Virus record (IMG/VR): IMGVR_UViG_3300006092_000137
Span: 3,951-67,950 of that record
Origin: a virus
Lineage: Duplodnaviria > Caudoviricetes
Strand: one strand, 5' to 3'
Length of the DNA: 64,000 nucleotides
The notes under the pieces were generated by a model, which did not search any database, was not told the origin of the DNA, and was given only the letters and a program-made list of their open reading frames with translations. A program made the translations under genes and the position numbers. The first letter of the stretch is position 1. The number at the start of each line of letters is the position of its first letter. Of this stretch, positions 17,607 to 25,782 are shown piece after piece.

Positions 17607-17980
17607 AGGTGGAGCTGCAGCACCTTACGCAGCTTGACCCATCGCTCAGCCCAGAATTTCAGCGCCGGCAAATCAAGAAGTTGGCGATCGGTTCGAAGTT
17701 GGACCTCAACGTTGAGCACCAGGTGTTGATTGAGCGCCTCAGCAATCGGAAGTGGGTGGTGCGTTTTCTCTACCCCAAGGGTGTAAGCCCGCGCGGGTTC
17801 GTCGTTCACTGGCCCTACGATTTCGTGCGCGGGCCTGGCGATATGGCTTGGGAGTCGTCTGTTGGCGGAGAGGCCCATTGGTTTGTGAAAATGGAAGACG
17901 CGGTGAAGGACGCTTTTGAGCGTGTGGTGCATTGGGATGCGGTGAAGCGCCTGCGCGGTGGAGCCTTCGGCGATGGGTAG
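17603..17980 (+). CDS. hypothetical protein with AAxRLxG tag
   Basis: DAVKRLRGG near C-terminus. Confidence 0.65.
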   Translation: MKVELQHLTQLDPSLSPEFQRRQIKKLAIGSKLDLNVEHQVLIERLSNRKWVVRFLYPKGVSPRGFVVHWPYDFVRGPGDMAWESSVGGEAHWFVKMEDAVKDAFERVVHWDAVKRLRGGAFGDG

Positions 17981-18524
17981 AGTCGAGCGTTGGAAGGCAG
18001 ACAAAGACCGAGCGCGAGACGAGCTTCACAAGCTTCGTTTGGAGGCTCGAGGCGAAGAATATTGGAAATCGAATCTCAGCGATCCTTTCGGATTCATGCG
18101 CCCGCTGCCTGAGCCCCACACTGCACGTGAGCGGTTCTTGTCGATATGTGCAGTGGGTGGGGTCTGGTGCTTCGAGGCAGAGTTGAGAGGCATGTATTTA
18201 GAGGCTCACCACGCAGCGCATACGTGGACGCTTTGGAGCAAGTGGCCATACATGGGGGAAGCGGAAAACCAGCACACGTACATGCTGCACCTGTGGATCC
18301 GTCCAGGCGGTACTGAAAGCACTCGGCAGCACACCAAACGAGGTTGTGAAGCGGAGCTCCATGATGGCTGGCAATCAAAGTGGATGCACAGGCAGCCACG
18401 GAAGCGCCAAGTAATTTTCAGGGGCAAAGTGAGCGCCTGCCTCGATGAAGCAAAGAAGATATTCATCTCGTGGGAGGCAGCCACCCGCCTTGGTGGTAAC
18501 CCTGAACCATTGGTGTACTTGTGA
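17973..18524 (+). CDS. hypothetical protein with AAxRLxG tag
   Basis: EAATRLGG near C-terminus. Confidence 0.65.
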   Translation: MGRVERWKADKDRARDELHKLRLEARGEEYWKSNLSDPFGFMRPLPEPHTARERFLSICAVGGVWCFEAELRGMYLEAHHAAHTWTLWSKWPYMGEAENQHTYMLHLWIRPGGTESTRQHTKRGCEAELHDGWQSKWMHRQPRKRQVIFRGKVSACLDEAKKIFISWEAATRLGGNPEPLVYL

Positions 18525-18904
18525 CTCGTGGCGACATTGAAGCAGCAGTGCGGCGGTGGGCGGAAGCACAGCTCGAATCGGCGGTGGACATCGAGATTCA
18601 AGAAGCAGTGAATTTTCAGAACCTGCCGAAACTGGTTAAACGGAACACACTGGTTTTCTTGGAGAAGGAAACCCTGCGCACTCGGCAGGAGGCCTACGCT
18701 TTTTTGATCTTCTACGCCCGGGCACCCAACGCGCCAAAGACAGACCTGAGTTCGCAGATGCAGGCAGAGCTTTTCCAAATTCATCCTGGTGTCTGGCAGG
18801 TGATCGGTACAGGTGAGCAGTACACCGATGCTGATAAAATGCTGTTGGAGCTTGCGGAGAAAGCTCTGGCACGGGATTCAGCACACCGCCTGGTGGGTGT
18901 GTAA
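18521..18904 (+). CDS. hypothetical protein with AAxRLxG tag
   Basis: ends DSAHRLVGV. Confidence 0.65.
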   Translation: MTRGDIEAAVRRWAEAQLESAVDIEIQEAVNFQNLPKLVKRNTLVFLEKETLRTRQEAYAFLIFYARAPNAPKTDLSSQMQAELFQIHPGVWQVIGTGEQYTDADKMLLELAEKALARDSAHRLVGV

Positions 18905-19237
18905 ATGGTTGCGTTGTTGAAAATGCGCGTTGGGGACTCGCAGTCCCTTGATGGGGTGTTCAGCCTCCAGCGCTATTCTCACATGTCATTTCGCTTTTTT
19001 CGTTCTGGCTTTTTCAGTTCGCCTGTCGTGAGCATCGTGAAAATGCCAGACGGCTGGTCCTACAAAAGCGGAAGAAGTCGTAGGCAATTTACAAAAGGGT
19101 GGTCGCTGGTTGATCAGGGATGTGTGGTTGACCACTCACTTCCATTTCGAGCGGCTCTTAAAAGAGCAGAGGAAATTATTCTGTCGAAGGATGCTGCGAA
19201 GCGGCTGGGGAGCTCAGGTGGGTACCCGGGAAGTTGA
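18905..19237 (+). CDS. hypothetical protein with AAxRL tag
   Basis: DAAKRLGSSG. Confidence 0.55.
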   Translation: MVALLKMRVGDSQSLDGVFSLQRYSHMSFRFFRSGFFSSPVVSIVKMPDGWSYKSGRSRRQFTKGWSLVDQGCVVDHSLPFRAALKRAEEIILSKDAAKRLGSSGGYPGS

Positions 19238-19547
19238 ACGCACCCAGTTCTCTCAGCAAGACATCGACGAAATCGTCGCAGAGTGCGGCGGTTCCGACAA
19301 AGACGCTGTACAAGCGTATGTCCGTGATGGGGGTTTGCTGCTCACGAATCATCAGCGCTCGACCAAGGTGGCTTGGATCACCAAGGTGAGCGAGCTCGGG
19401 GTGGGGTTCATCCTGCAATGGCGCGGGGTAACCACCGACAAGCCGATTGGAACACAGCAGTGGTATGCATCAGCCAAAGCAGCTGCGCAGGCCGCAGTGG
19501 CTGAATTCAGAATTCAAGAGGCGCAATGGAGACTGGGCGCATGGTGA
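19218..19547 (+). CDS. hypothetical protein with AAxRL tag
   Basis: GGGAG RBS, GTG start; ends EAQWRLGAW. Confidence 0.6.
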   Translation: MGTREVERTQFSQQDIDEIVAECGGSDKDAVQAYVRDGGLLLTNHQRSTKVAWITKVSELGVGFILQWRGVTTDKPIGTQQWYASAKAAAQAAVAEFRIQEAQWRLGAW

Positions 19548-19876
19548 GGGTACCAAAGACGTTGAAAGCGCCTGAGCACCTCACTTCCGTGCGCTTGCTT
19601 TTATCTTCGGACAAGACCGGTGCGCTGTATCGAACCTATTGTGGGCGTACCATGGTGCTGGACCATGAGGGGTTGGTGGGCCACGCTCTGGCAGACTGCC
19701 CTGAATGCTTGGCAATTGATGCCTCGATTCGTCTCACTGGAGACATTCCGGTTCGATGCACTGAGTGCAAAGGCGTTGGGCATGTTGCGCGCACAGATTC
19801 TGCGGCCACAGGGTGCCCGACCTGCGGGAACAGCGGACTGCTGTGGATGAAAATTAAAGCGGGGCCTGGTGCTTAG
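19541..19876 (+). CDS. zinc-finger protein with internal AAxRLxG tag
   Basis: CPEC, CTEC, CPTC; DASIRLTG. Confidence 0.6.
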   Translation: MVRVPKTLKAPEHLTSVRLLLSSDKTGALYRTYCGRTMVLDHEGLVGHALADCPECLAIDASIRLTGDIPVRCTECKGVGHVARTDSAATGCPTCGNSGLLWMKIKAGPGA

Positions 19877-19925
19877 TCCCACAGTACTGTAGAAACCTTG
19901 TGTCAAGAATCCAGAAGGGGAAAAC

Positions 19926-20336
19926 ATGGAAGAAAAAGAGTTGAAGGTTGCGTTGGAGCATGACCAGGCGCGCAAGACGGTAGAACCACTGTACCCAGCG
20001 CACGGTACTAGCCCTTTTCAGCACACTGCGTCGGTGCACCGCCCACAGCTGGAGCTCGACACATTGATGCTGCCAGCAGGTATCAAGCAGGCGATGTTCA
20101 TTCCCATCTTCAACGGAATCGAAACCATCTACGAGTGCCAGCTCTACCTGAACGGCGAAGCCATCGTGAAGGGCATTGGCGGAACCAAGGGTGAAGCCAT
20201 GGAAAACGCGCGCATCGCGCTCTCAACGCAGGCAGCGCTTTCATCGCAACCAGGGGAGAAGTATGAAGCCGAGGGTGGACGTTCTGCCGAAGGTGCCGCA
20301 GCTGCTGCCGAAGAGCTTTCGCAAAACGGCGCATGA
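19926..20336 (+). CDS. hypothetical protein
   Basis: AAGGGG RBS after intergenic gap. Confidence 0.6.
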   Translation: MEEKELKVALEHDQARKTVEPLYPAHGTSPFQHTASVHRPQLELDTLMLPAGIKQAMFIPIFNGIETIYECQLYLNGEAIVKGIGGTKGEAMENARIALSTQAALSSQPGEKYEAEGGRSAEGAAAAAEELSQNGA

Positions 20337-20450
20337 CAGTACGCCAATGCTGGCTGCCGGGCGCACCGAAGAGCCAGCACACCTCTGCCGACGTTGCGGT
20401 GTCGTCGTAACAGCGGAAACCACTGAAGCCTGTACCGAGGGGAACCCGGG

Positions 20451-21110
20451 ATGGACACCAAGACGGAATTGAGCTGGGGGTTTCGTGCGTTCCGCTGGTG
20501 GAGCGGGCTGCTCGTTTGGTTGTACTTCAGCCTGCGCGGCTACCAGGCGAAGTCGTGGCTGTACCGGTACGTCTTCGAGTGGAAGTATCTCAAGCTCCCG
20601 ATCTGCACAGTGCCGTCGATCGACCTGATACCTGCCATCATCGACTACGGGAAGCAGTGGCGCAGCGACAGCTGGCTGCAAGGTTTCGACGCAGTGAGCT
20701 CGCCGCAGTACGCGCAAGAGGTGTTTCTCAACCGGGCGCCAGTACCTGAGCACGGGCTGGACTGCGACGAGCACGCCATTTTCATCACCGCGCTGATTGA
20801 GAATTCCCTGCGCGAGGGCACGTGCGATGACGGGTACTACAGCCCGAAGTTCTTCACCGTCATTTGGATCGATCCCGAGACGCTCAGCATTTCAGGGCAC
20901 AATGTCTGTTTGCTGACGGTGCCGCAGGGCCCGGGGAAGTTCGACCTGTACAGCTACATGGACTACGGCCTTCCAAACACCCCTGTGAATTCGATTCATG
21001 AAGTAGCGCTGCAGGTCATTGAAGAGCGCGCGAAGGGTTCGCTGCCTCTGGTGTGGATGGTGCAGAACACTGCGCTGACACCTGAAATCGTTCAGAGAGG
21101 GGCACCATGA
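20451..21110 (+). CDS. transglutaminase-like (Cys-His-Asp) putative cysteine protease
   Basis: GLDCDEHAIF, GHNVCL, YMDYG in catalytic-triad order. Confidence 0.55.
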   Translation: MDTKTELSWGFRAFRWWSGLLVWLYFSLRGYQAKSWLYRYVFEWKYLKLPICTVPSIDLIPAIIDYGKQWRSDSWLQGFDAVSSPQYAQEVFLNRAPVPEHGLDCDEHAIFITALIENSLREGTCDDGYYSPKFFTVIWIDPETLSISGHNVCLLTVPQGPGKFDLYSYMDYGLPNTPVNSIHEVALQVIEERAKGSLPLVWMVQNTALTPEIVQRGAP

Positions 21111-21319
21111 AGAACGGCATTTACCGTCACTACAAGGGCGACCTGTACATGGTCTTGGGTGTGGGGCGGCAGTCCACCAATGGGCCAACAGAAGGCGAAA
21201 AAGTGGTGATCTACTTCTCCATCAAACGGCAGCAGTTTTGCGTGCGAGAGATCGGGCAGTTTCGCGAAAAGGTGAAGTGGCCTGACGGAAAGATGCGTCC
21301 TCGTTTCAAGGCGGTCTAA
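21107..21319 (+). CDS. DUF1653 domain protein
   Basis: GIYRHYKGDLYMVLGVG...VVIY...VRE..QF...RF. Confidence 0.85.
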   Translation: MKNGIYRHYKGDLYMVLGVGRQSTNGPTEGEKVVIYFSIKRQQFCVREIGQFREKVKWPDGKMRPRFKAV

Positions 21320-21321
21320 AA

Positions 21322-21927
21322 ATGAACAGCTACCCGTACACCCCGTGGTTCATCGGTGGGCTTGGTGTCGCCATTCTCGTTGCATTCGGCGTGATGGCGT
21401 ACATGACTTGGCGTCGTACCTACGTGCCCTGGAAGCCCCTGCCCAACTATTACCCGGGTGCCAAGTGGCACAGCTTGGTGCAGACGGACCCCAAGTACAT
21501 CGCCATGGCGCTTGCTGCAGCGGAGAGCGCCTTGATTCAGCACACCAAGTGGACCGCTGCGAATATGGCTTTGGTCGGGCATTACGTCCACGTCTACGTG
21601 ATGGACTCCGAATCGTGGGTTGACTTATGGGGGCGCAAGGTGGCCGGTTACCAAGACGGGCACAAGCTGGTGGTTGGGCCCTCGCTCGCGGCGCTCGCGC
21701 ACGAACTCGCTCACCTTGCTGAGCTGGTGCTCGACGGAGTGGTGGACCAGAACCACATGTCTTGGCCCGCAGACGGCATCGCCAATGCACTTGAAGATTA
21801 CGATCAGTGGTTGGCCAAGCAGGCGAGCGCGGATCGCATTCTGGCTGCGAACGGAGCTATCGTACCTTTCGTTGCACCAAAGGTTCTCACAGGGATGTCC
21901 GCTTGTCGTTATCGGAGACCTGAGTGA
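21322..21927 (+). CDS. membrane-anchored HExxH putative zinc metallopeptidase
   Basis: N-terminal TM helix; LAHELAHL; downstream H. Confidence 0.6.
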   Translation: MNSYPYTPWFIGGLGVAILVAFGVMAYMTWRRTYVPWKPLPNYYPGAKWHSLVQTDPKYIAMALAAAESALIQHTKWTAANMALVGHYVHVYVMDSESWVDLWGRKVAGYQDGHKLVVGPSLAALAHELAHLAELVLDGVVDQNHMSWPADGIANALEDYDQWLAKQASADRILAANGAIVPFVAPKVLTGMSACRYRRPE

Positions 21928-22106
21928 AGAAAGATGATGAAGCAGTTGCGCGGTTACAGGGCAGCACTCAATGCCCAGTGTGCCTGCGCACGAAGGTTAA
22001 GCTTCACACGGGGCCTAAGAACACACTTTTGATCGCTATCCACGCTCCCGCCCCGTACCTCCGTTCGGTTTGTTTGGGTTCAGGGAAAGAGGTTGGCAAA
22101 AAATGA
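21924..22106 (+). CDS. small zinc-finger protein with N-terminal AAxRLxG tag
   Basis: DEAVARLQGS then CPVC...H...CLGSG. Confidence 0.55.
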   Translation: MKKDDEAVARLQGSTQCPVCLRTKVKLHTGPKNTLLIAIHAPAPYLRSVCLGSGKEVGKK

Positions 22107-22393
22107 CCTGGAAGCAATTGGTGGGCAAGGCTGCAAACGGAATGCTTCTTCCTCCTTTTTGGAAGCGCCGCACGGTGCCTCAGAAGGAGCTCGAAAGGGC
22201 GCTGAAGGTCGCTTTCACCGCAATCGCCGAAGAAGCACTTCATGGGCGTAAGGTTGTCATTCCAGGTTTCGGCGTGTTCTCGCTGCGCACCCGCGTCGCC
22301 CGCAGGGTCCGCAACCCAGTCACCAAAGAGATGATGCAAATCCCTGCCGATCGTCGCATCGGCTTTCGCTGTTCCAAACTCATTGTGAGGTAA
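22103..22393 (+). CDS. HU/IHF family DNA-binding protein
   Basis: VVIPGFGVFSLRTRVARRVRNPVTKEMMQIPADRRIGF. Confidence 0.9.
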   Translation: MTWKQLVGKAANGMLLPPFWKRRTVPQKELERALKVAFTAIAEEALHGRKVVIPGFGVFSLRTRVARRVRNPVTKEMMQIPADRRIGFRCSKLIVR

Positions 22394-22395
22394 AA

Positions 22396-22965
22396 ATGAT
22401 TCGTGAAATTGTGATCTGGCCGGACCCGGTGTTGAAACGGAAGTGCGAACCCGTCACCAGGTTCGATGACGAGCTGAAACGGTTACTCAACGACATGATG
22501 GAAACGATGTTGGCTGCTCGTGGAGCAGGACTCGCAGCGTCGCAGGTTGGGTACGCGTTGCGCGCCATCACGGTGTTGGTGCGGACCCCAGAGAACAAAG
22601 AGAACCCGGTGATGGTGCTGAAGCTGGTGAACCCGGAAATCGTCGAGCGCAAGGGGCGTCAGCAGATGCGTGAGGGGTGCCTTTCGCTGCCCGGGTATTT
22701 CGACATGGTGACACGCTCGACTTGGGTGCGCGTGGTGGCTCAAGACGAAAACGGCGAGAAGGTTGAAATCTCGGGTGACGGAGCCCTTGCGCAGGCGCTG
22801 CAGCACGAAATTGAGCACCTGGACGGCATGGTCTTCGTGGACCACCTTTCAATCATCAAGCGCAACACGGCAGCGATTCGCTTCAAGAAGGCAAAGGCCA
22901 AGGGAATGCGCTACGTTTCTGATAGACCAGCGCCCCAGGACTTTACCGAGCGCACCGCCAACTGA
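22396..22965 (+). CDS. def: peptide deformylase
   Basis: all three motifs: GAGLAASQVG, EGCLSLPG, QHEIEHLDG. Confidence 0.95.
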   Translation: MIREIVIWPDPVLKRKCEPVTRFDDELKRLLNDMMETMLAARGAGLAASQVGYALRAITVLVRTPENKENPVMVLKLVNPEIVERKGRQQMREGCLSLPGYFDMVTRSTWVRVVAQDENGEKVEISGDGALAQALQHEIEHLDGMVFVDHLSIIKRNTAAIRFKKAKAKGMRYVSDRPAPQDFTERTAN

Positions 22966-22976
22966 AGGAGTAGTCG

Positions 22977-24863
22977 ATGCCGAGCGCATTGCCGTCGAAC
23001 CCCGGGCTTCTTGGCCGTATGGCGAGCGTGCTCGGAGGCAAGCTGGGCAGCAAAGACAACCCCCAAAACGCCCAAGACCGCGTGCGCCGCTTGGGGCTCT
23101 CAAAGCGCCAGCAGGAGCTCAACCGTCTCTGGGCGGTGTACCGGGGGCAGCAATACGCCCACTGCAAGCTGGACTGGAACGGGCGCGAGAACATCGACGA
23201 CCTGTCGGGGGAAATCATTTCCACGCAGGGGTATGTGCCCCCCGGCTTCATGGACATGGGGCGGGGTGCGGGCAACCTGCCGTTGAAGTTTCGACGCCCG
23301 ACTTCTCCCTACGCGCTGATTCGCGTGGTGGTGGACCGCTTCACGGGCTTGCTGTTCAGCGAGCAGCAGCATCCTGAAATCAAAGTTGATGGGGACCCAA
23401 AAACGCAGGAGTGGCTGCGCGCGGTCGCAAGCACGTCGCGGCTTTGGCAGCATATGATCCAGGCCCGCAATTACGGGGGCTCGATGGGCACCGCGTGCAT
23501 TGGGTTCCAATTCGTCAACGGCAAACCCACCATCGAAGTGCATGACCCAAAGTGGGTTACGCCTGAGTTCAGGAAGCACGGCTCGCTCACGTTGGTGAAG
23601 CTCGAAAAGCGGTACATCTTCGAGAAGGAAGTACGCGACGAGACGACAGGGCGTTGGGAGAACAAGTCATTCTGGTACCGCCGCATCATCGACGAGCAGA
23701 GCGATGTGCTCTTCCAACCAGCGGAAGTCGGCAACGGTGACGAGCCAGACTGGCAAGAAGCCGAACGCGTGGACCACAACTTCGGCTTTTGCCCTGCTGT
23801 TTGGGTGCAGAATCTGCCGGTGCAAGACAGCGAAGACGGGGACCCCGATTGCCCGTCCCCTGTTTATGACAATGCCTGGAACATCGACGCGTTGATCTCA
23901 CAAGCCAACCGCGCCATTTTGGCCAACTGCGATCCGCAGCTCGTCATCACCACGAAGGCGGAGATGGCTGAAGTGCAGATGGCGCTCGACAAGGCCCTGC
24001 GCGTTCCTGAGGGTGACGCCAAGTTTTTGGAGGTGCAGGCGACCGGCCCAAAAGCCGCGCTGGAGCTCTCTGACCAGCTTCGCCGTAATTCGCTGGAGGT
24101 GTCCCACTGCGTACTGGAGCACCCTGATGTGGCAGGCAAAACTGCCACAGAGGTGGAGCGCATGTACCAGGCGATGTTCAACAAGTGTGACATTTTGCGT
24201 GAGCAGTATGGGCAGAAGGGCATTTTGCCCCTGTTGGAGATGTTCCATCGCGCAGCGGTCGCCTTAAACAAGCCCCGCCCGGCTCACCAAGACGCGGCGA
24301 CGCGGCTCCAAGGAACCTTCGAACAACCGCCCCAGGCGCCCCCAGGAACGCAGAACGAGGGGCAGCCTGGGGGTGAGGCTCCCCCCGCCCAGAACGCAGC
24401 TCCTACAGCCCCTCAGGCAGGCGCTGTAACCGACGAGAATGACGGGATGATTATGCCCCAGGGGGCTCTTTTGGTGCGGAGTTCTGTTGTTCTTCCGCCG
24501 ACTTACCAGCTCAACCCCCAGACGGGGCAGATGGAGGAGATTCAACGGGAGCTTGGGTTTGGCGGCACCATCACCTTGGTGTGGCCGGAATTCGTGCGCC
24601 CCACCCTCGACGACCTGACGAAGGCTGTAACCGCGACCACTGGGGCGTTGTCGGCGAACTTGATCGACGACGAGACAGCGGTGGGCTTCGTTGCGCCGTA
24701 CTTCAAGGTCGAAGACAAGAGCGACCTGTTAAACAAGATTCGAAACAACGCTGCTCAGCAGCAGGCGGACATGATGTCGATGTTCGCTTCTTCAAACCAA
24801 CCAAAGCCAAGTGACGTGACGGCTCCTCCTGGACCGATCATTCCGCCTGCTCCAACGGAATAG
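22977..24863 (+). CDS. portal protein with low-complexity insertion
   Basis: size, position before head morphogenesis gene, HNFGFCPAVWVQN motif typical of SPP1-like portals. Confidence 0.8.
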   Translation: MPSALPSNPGLLGRMASVLGGKLGSKDNPQNAQDRVRRLGLSKRQQELNRLWAVYRGQQYAHCKLDWNGRENIDDLSGEIISTQGYVPPGFMDMGRGAGNLPLKFRRPTSPYALIRVVVDRFTGLLFSEQQHPEIKVDGDPKTQEWLRAVASTSRLWQHMIQARNYGGSMGTACIGFQFVNGKPTIEVHDPKWVTPEFRKHGSLTLVKLEKRYIFEKEVRDETTGRWENKSFWYRRIIDEQSDVLFQPAEVGNGDEPDWQEAERVDHNFGFCPAVWVQNLPVQDSEDGDPDCPSPVYDNAWNIDALISQANRAILANCDPQLVITTKAEMAEVQMALDKALRVPEGDAKFLEVQATGPKAALELSDQLRRNSLEVSHCVLEHPDVAGKTATEVERMYQAMFNKCDILREQYGQKGILPLLEMFHRAAVALNKPRPAHQDAATRLQGTFEQPPQAPPGTQNEGQPGGEAPPAQNAAPTAPQAGAVTDENDGMIMPQGALLVRSSVVLPPTYQLNPQTGQMEEIQRELGFGGTITLVWPEFVRPTLDDLTKAVTATTGALSANLIDDETAVGFVAPYFKVEDKSDLLNKIRNNAAQQQADMMSMFASSNQPKPSDVTAPPGPIIPPAPTE

Positions 24864-24879
24864 GTGCTGAGGTGTACTC

Positions 24880-25236
24880 GTGGGTGAATGGCGTGCGTAT
24901 TCAAAGTGTCCAGCAATTGCTGCGCTCCAGTGGGAGACTCGTGTCGGGTGCTGCGTTTTTTGCGGTAGGCTGCTTAAGCCGAGTCGCACACGCACTCGCT
25001 TTGTTTGCTTCAGAGCAAACTGCCAAACGGCGTACCAGACGGAATACAAACGCTGGCGCAGGCAGCTCGTCGCGTCGCAAGAGCTCACGCAGCGCGGTAC
25101 GAAAAGGAAGTCAGCAGACCCAAGGTGGTTGAACACCTTGCACCCGAAACAGGAGGCTGGAGATGTCGGAGCAAAAAATCATCCACGTGAGGAAGTTCGA
25201 CAACGGGAGGCGCACGCCAGCGGAATACTTCCGTGA
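24880..25236 (+). CDS. possible small Zn-finger protein
   Basis: CVFCG...CFRANCQTAYQ; overlaps next ORF. Confidence 0.35.
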   Translation: MGEWRAYSKCPAIAALQWETRVGCCVFCGRLLKPSRTRTRFVCFRANCQTAYQTEYKRWRRQLVASQELTQRGTKRKSADPRWLNTLHPKQEAGDVGAKNHPREEVRQREAHASGILP

Positions 25237-25552
25237 GAAAGTGTACGCCCACACGGAATGCTCGTTCTGCGGGGACAAACCCGGCATGCGCATTCGCTAC
25301 ATTGCCGACGCCGAGGAATTCAAGAAGCGCAACCCTGACGTGTACAAGCTGCTGTGCATTCGCATTGGGGGAGATCCTGCCTTCGACACCACCTACGGCA
25401 AGATGATCCACGTCAACAGCGAGTTCGCCTGCGACCGCTGCAAAACGGCTGCTCGCAAGATGGCCGCGCACAAACCCGACTGGATCATCGCAGAGTTCGA
25501 AGAGATGGGCCTCGAAGAGAACCACAAGCTGGTGATTCCGGTTAGCCGATGA
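25163..25552 (+). CDS. zinc-finger hypothetical protein
   Basis: GGAGG RBS; CSFC and CDRC. Confidence 0.7.
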   Translation: MSEQKIIHVRKFDNGRRTPAEYFREKVYAHTECSFCGDKPGMRIRYIADAEEFKKRNPDVYKLLCIRIGGDPAFDTTYGKMIHVNSEFACDRCKTAARKMAAHKPDWIIAEFEEMGLEENHKLVIPVSR

Positions 25553-25782
25553 GCGCAGACCCTCCGAATAAGCCGAAGTACGGCAAGGAATGGCCAAAGT
25601 GCGCCGTGTGCGGGCTCATGGCGCAAGACGTTGAGGGTACTCCCCCGCGCTGTAAAGACCCAGACCGATGCTCGAGGGTCATCAAAGGGGAGCCTTTGGG
25701 AGGTACCCCAATGAACATCACCAAGTTGGAAGACATATTTCCAGACCCTCCAATGCCGGAGCACCACAACGGGGTTGAGTGA
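25549..25782 (+). CDS. small Cys/Pro-rich protein
   Basis: CAVC; coupled ORF. Confidence 0.5.
   Translation: MSADPPNKPKYGKEWPKCAVCGLMAQDVEGTPPRCKDPDRCSRVIKGEPLGGTPMNITKLEDIFPDPPMPEHHNGVE

Noticed and set aside
23210-23235. GGAAA-N14-GGGTATG as a tenth motif copy
   Set aside because: Right box mismatched, inside the portal, no start codon at the expected distance.
3780-24320. AAxRLxG as a DNA repeat, att site or DGR target
   Set aside because: Underlying codons differ widely and no reverse transcriptase or recombinase is seen; conservation is at protein level.
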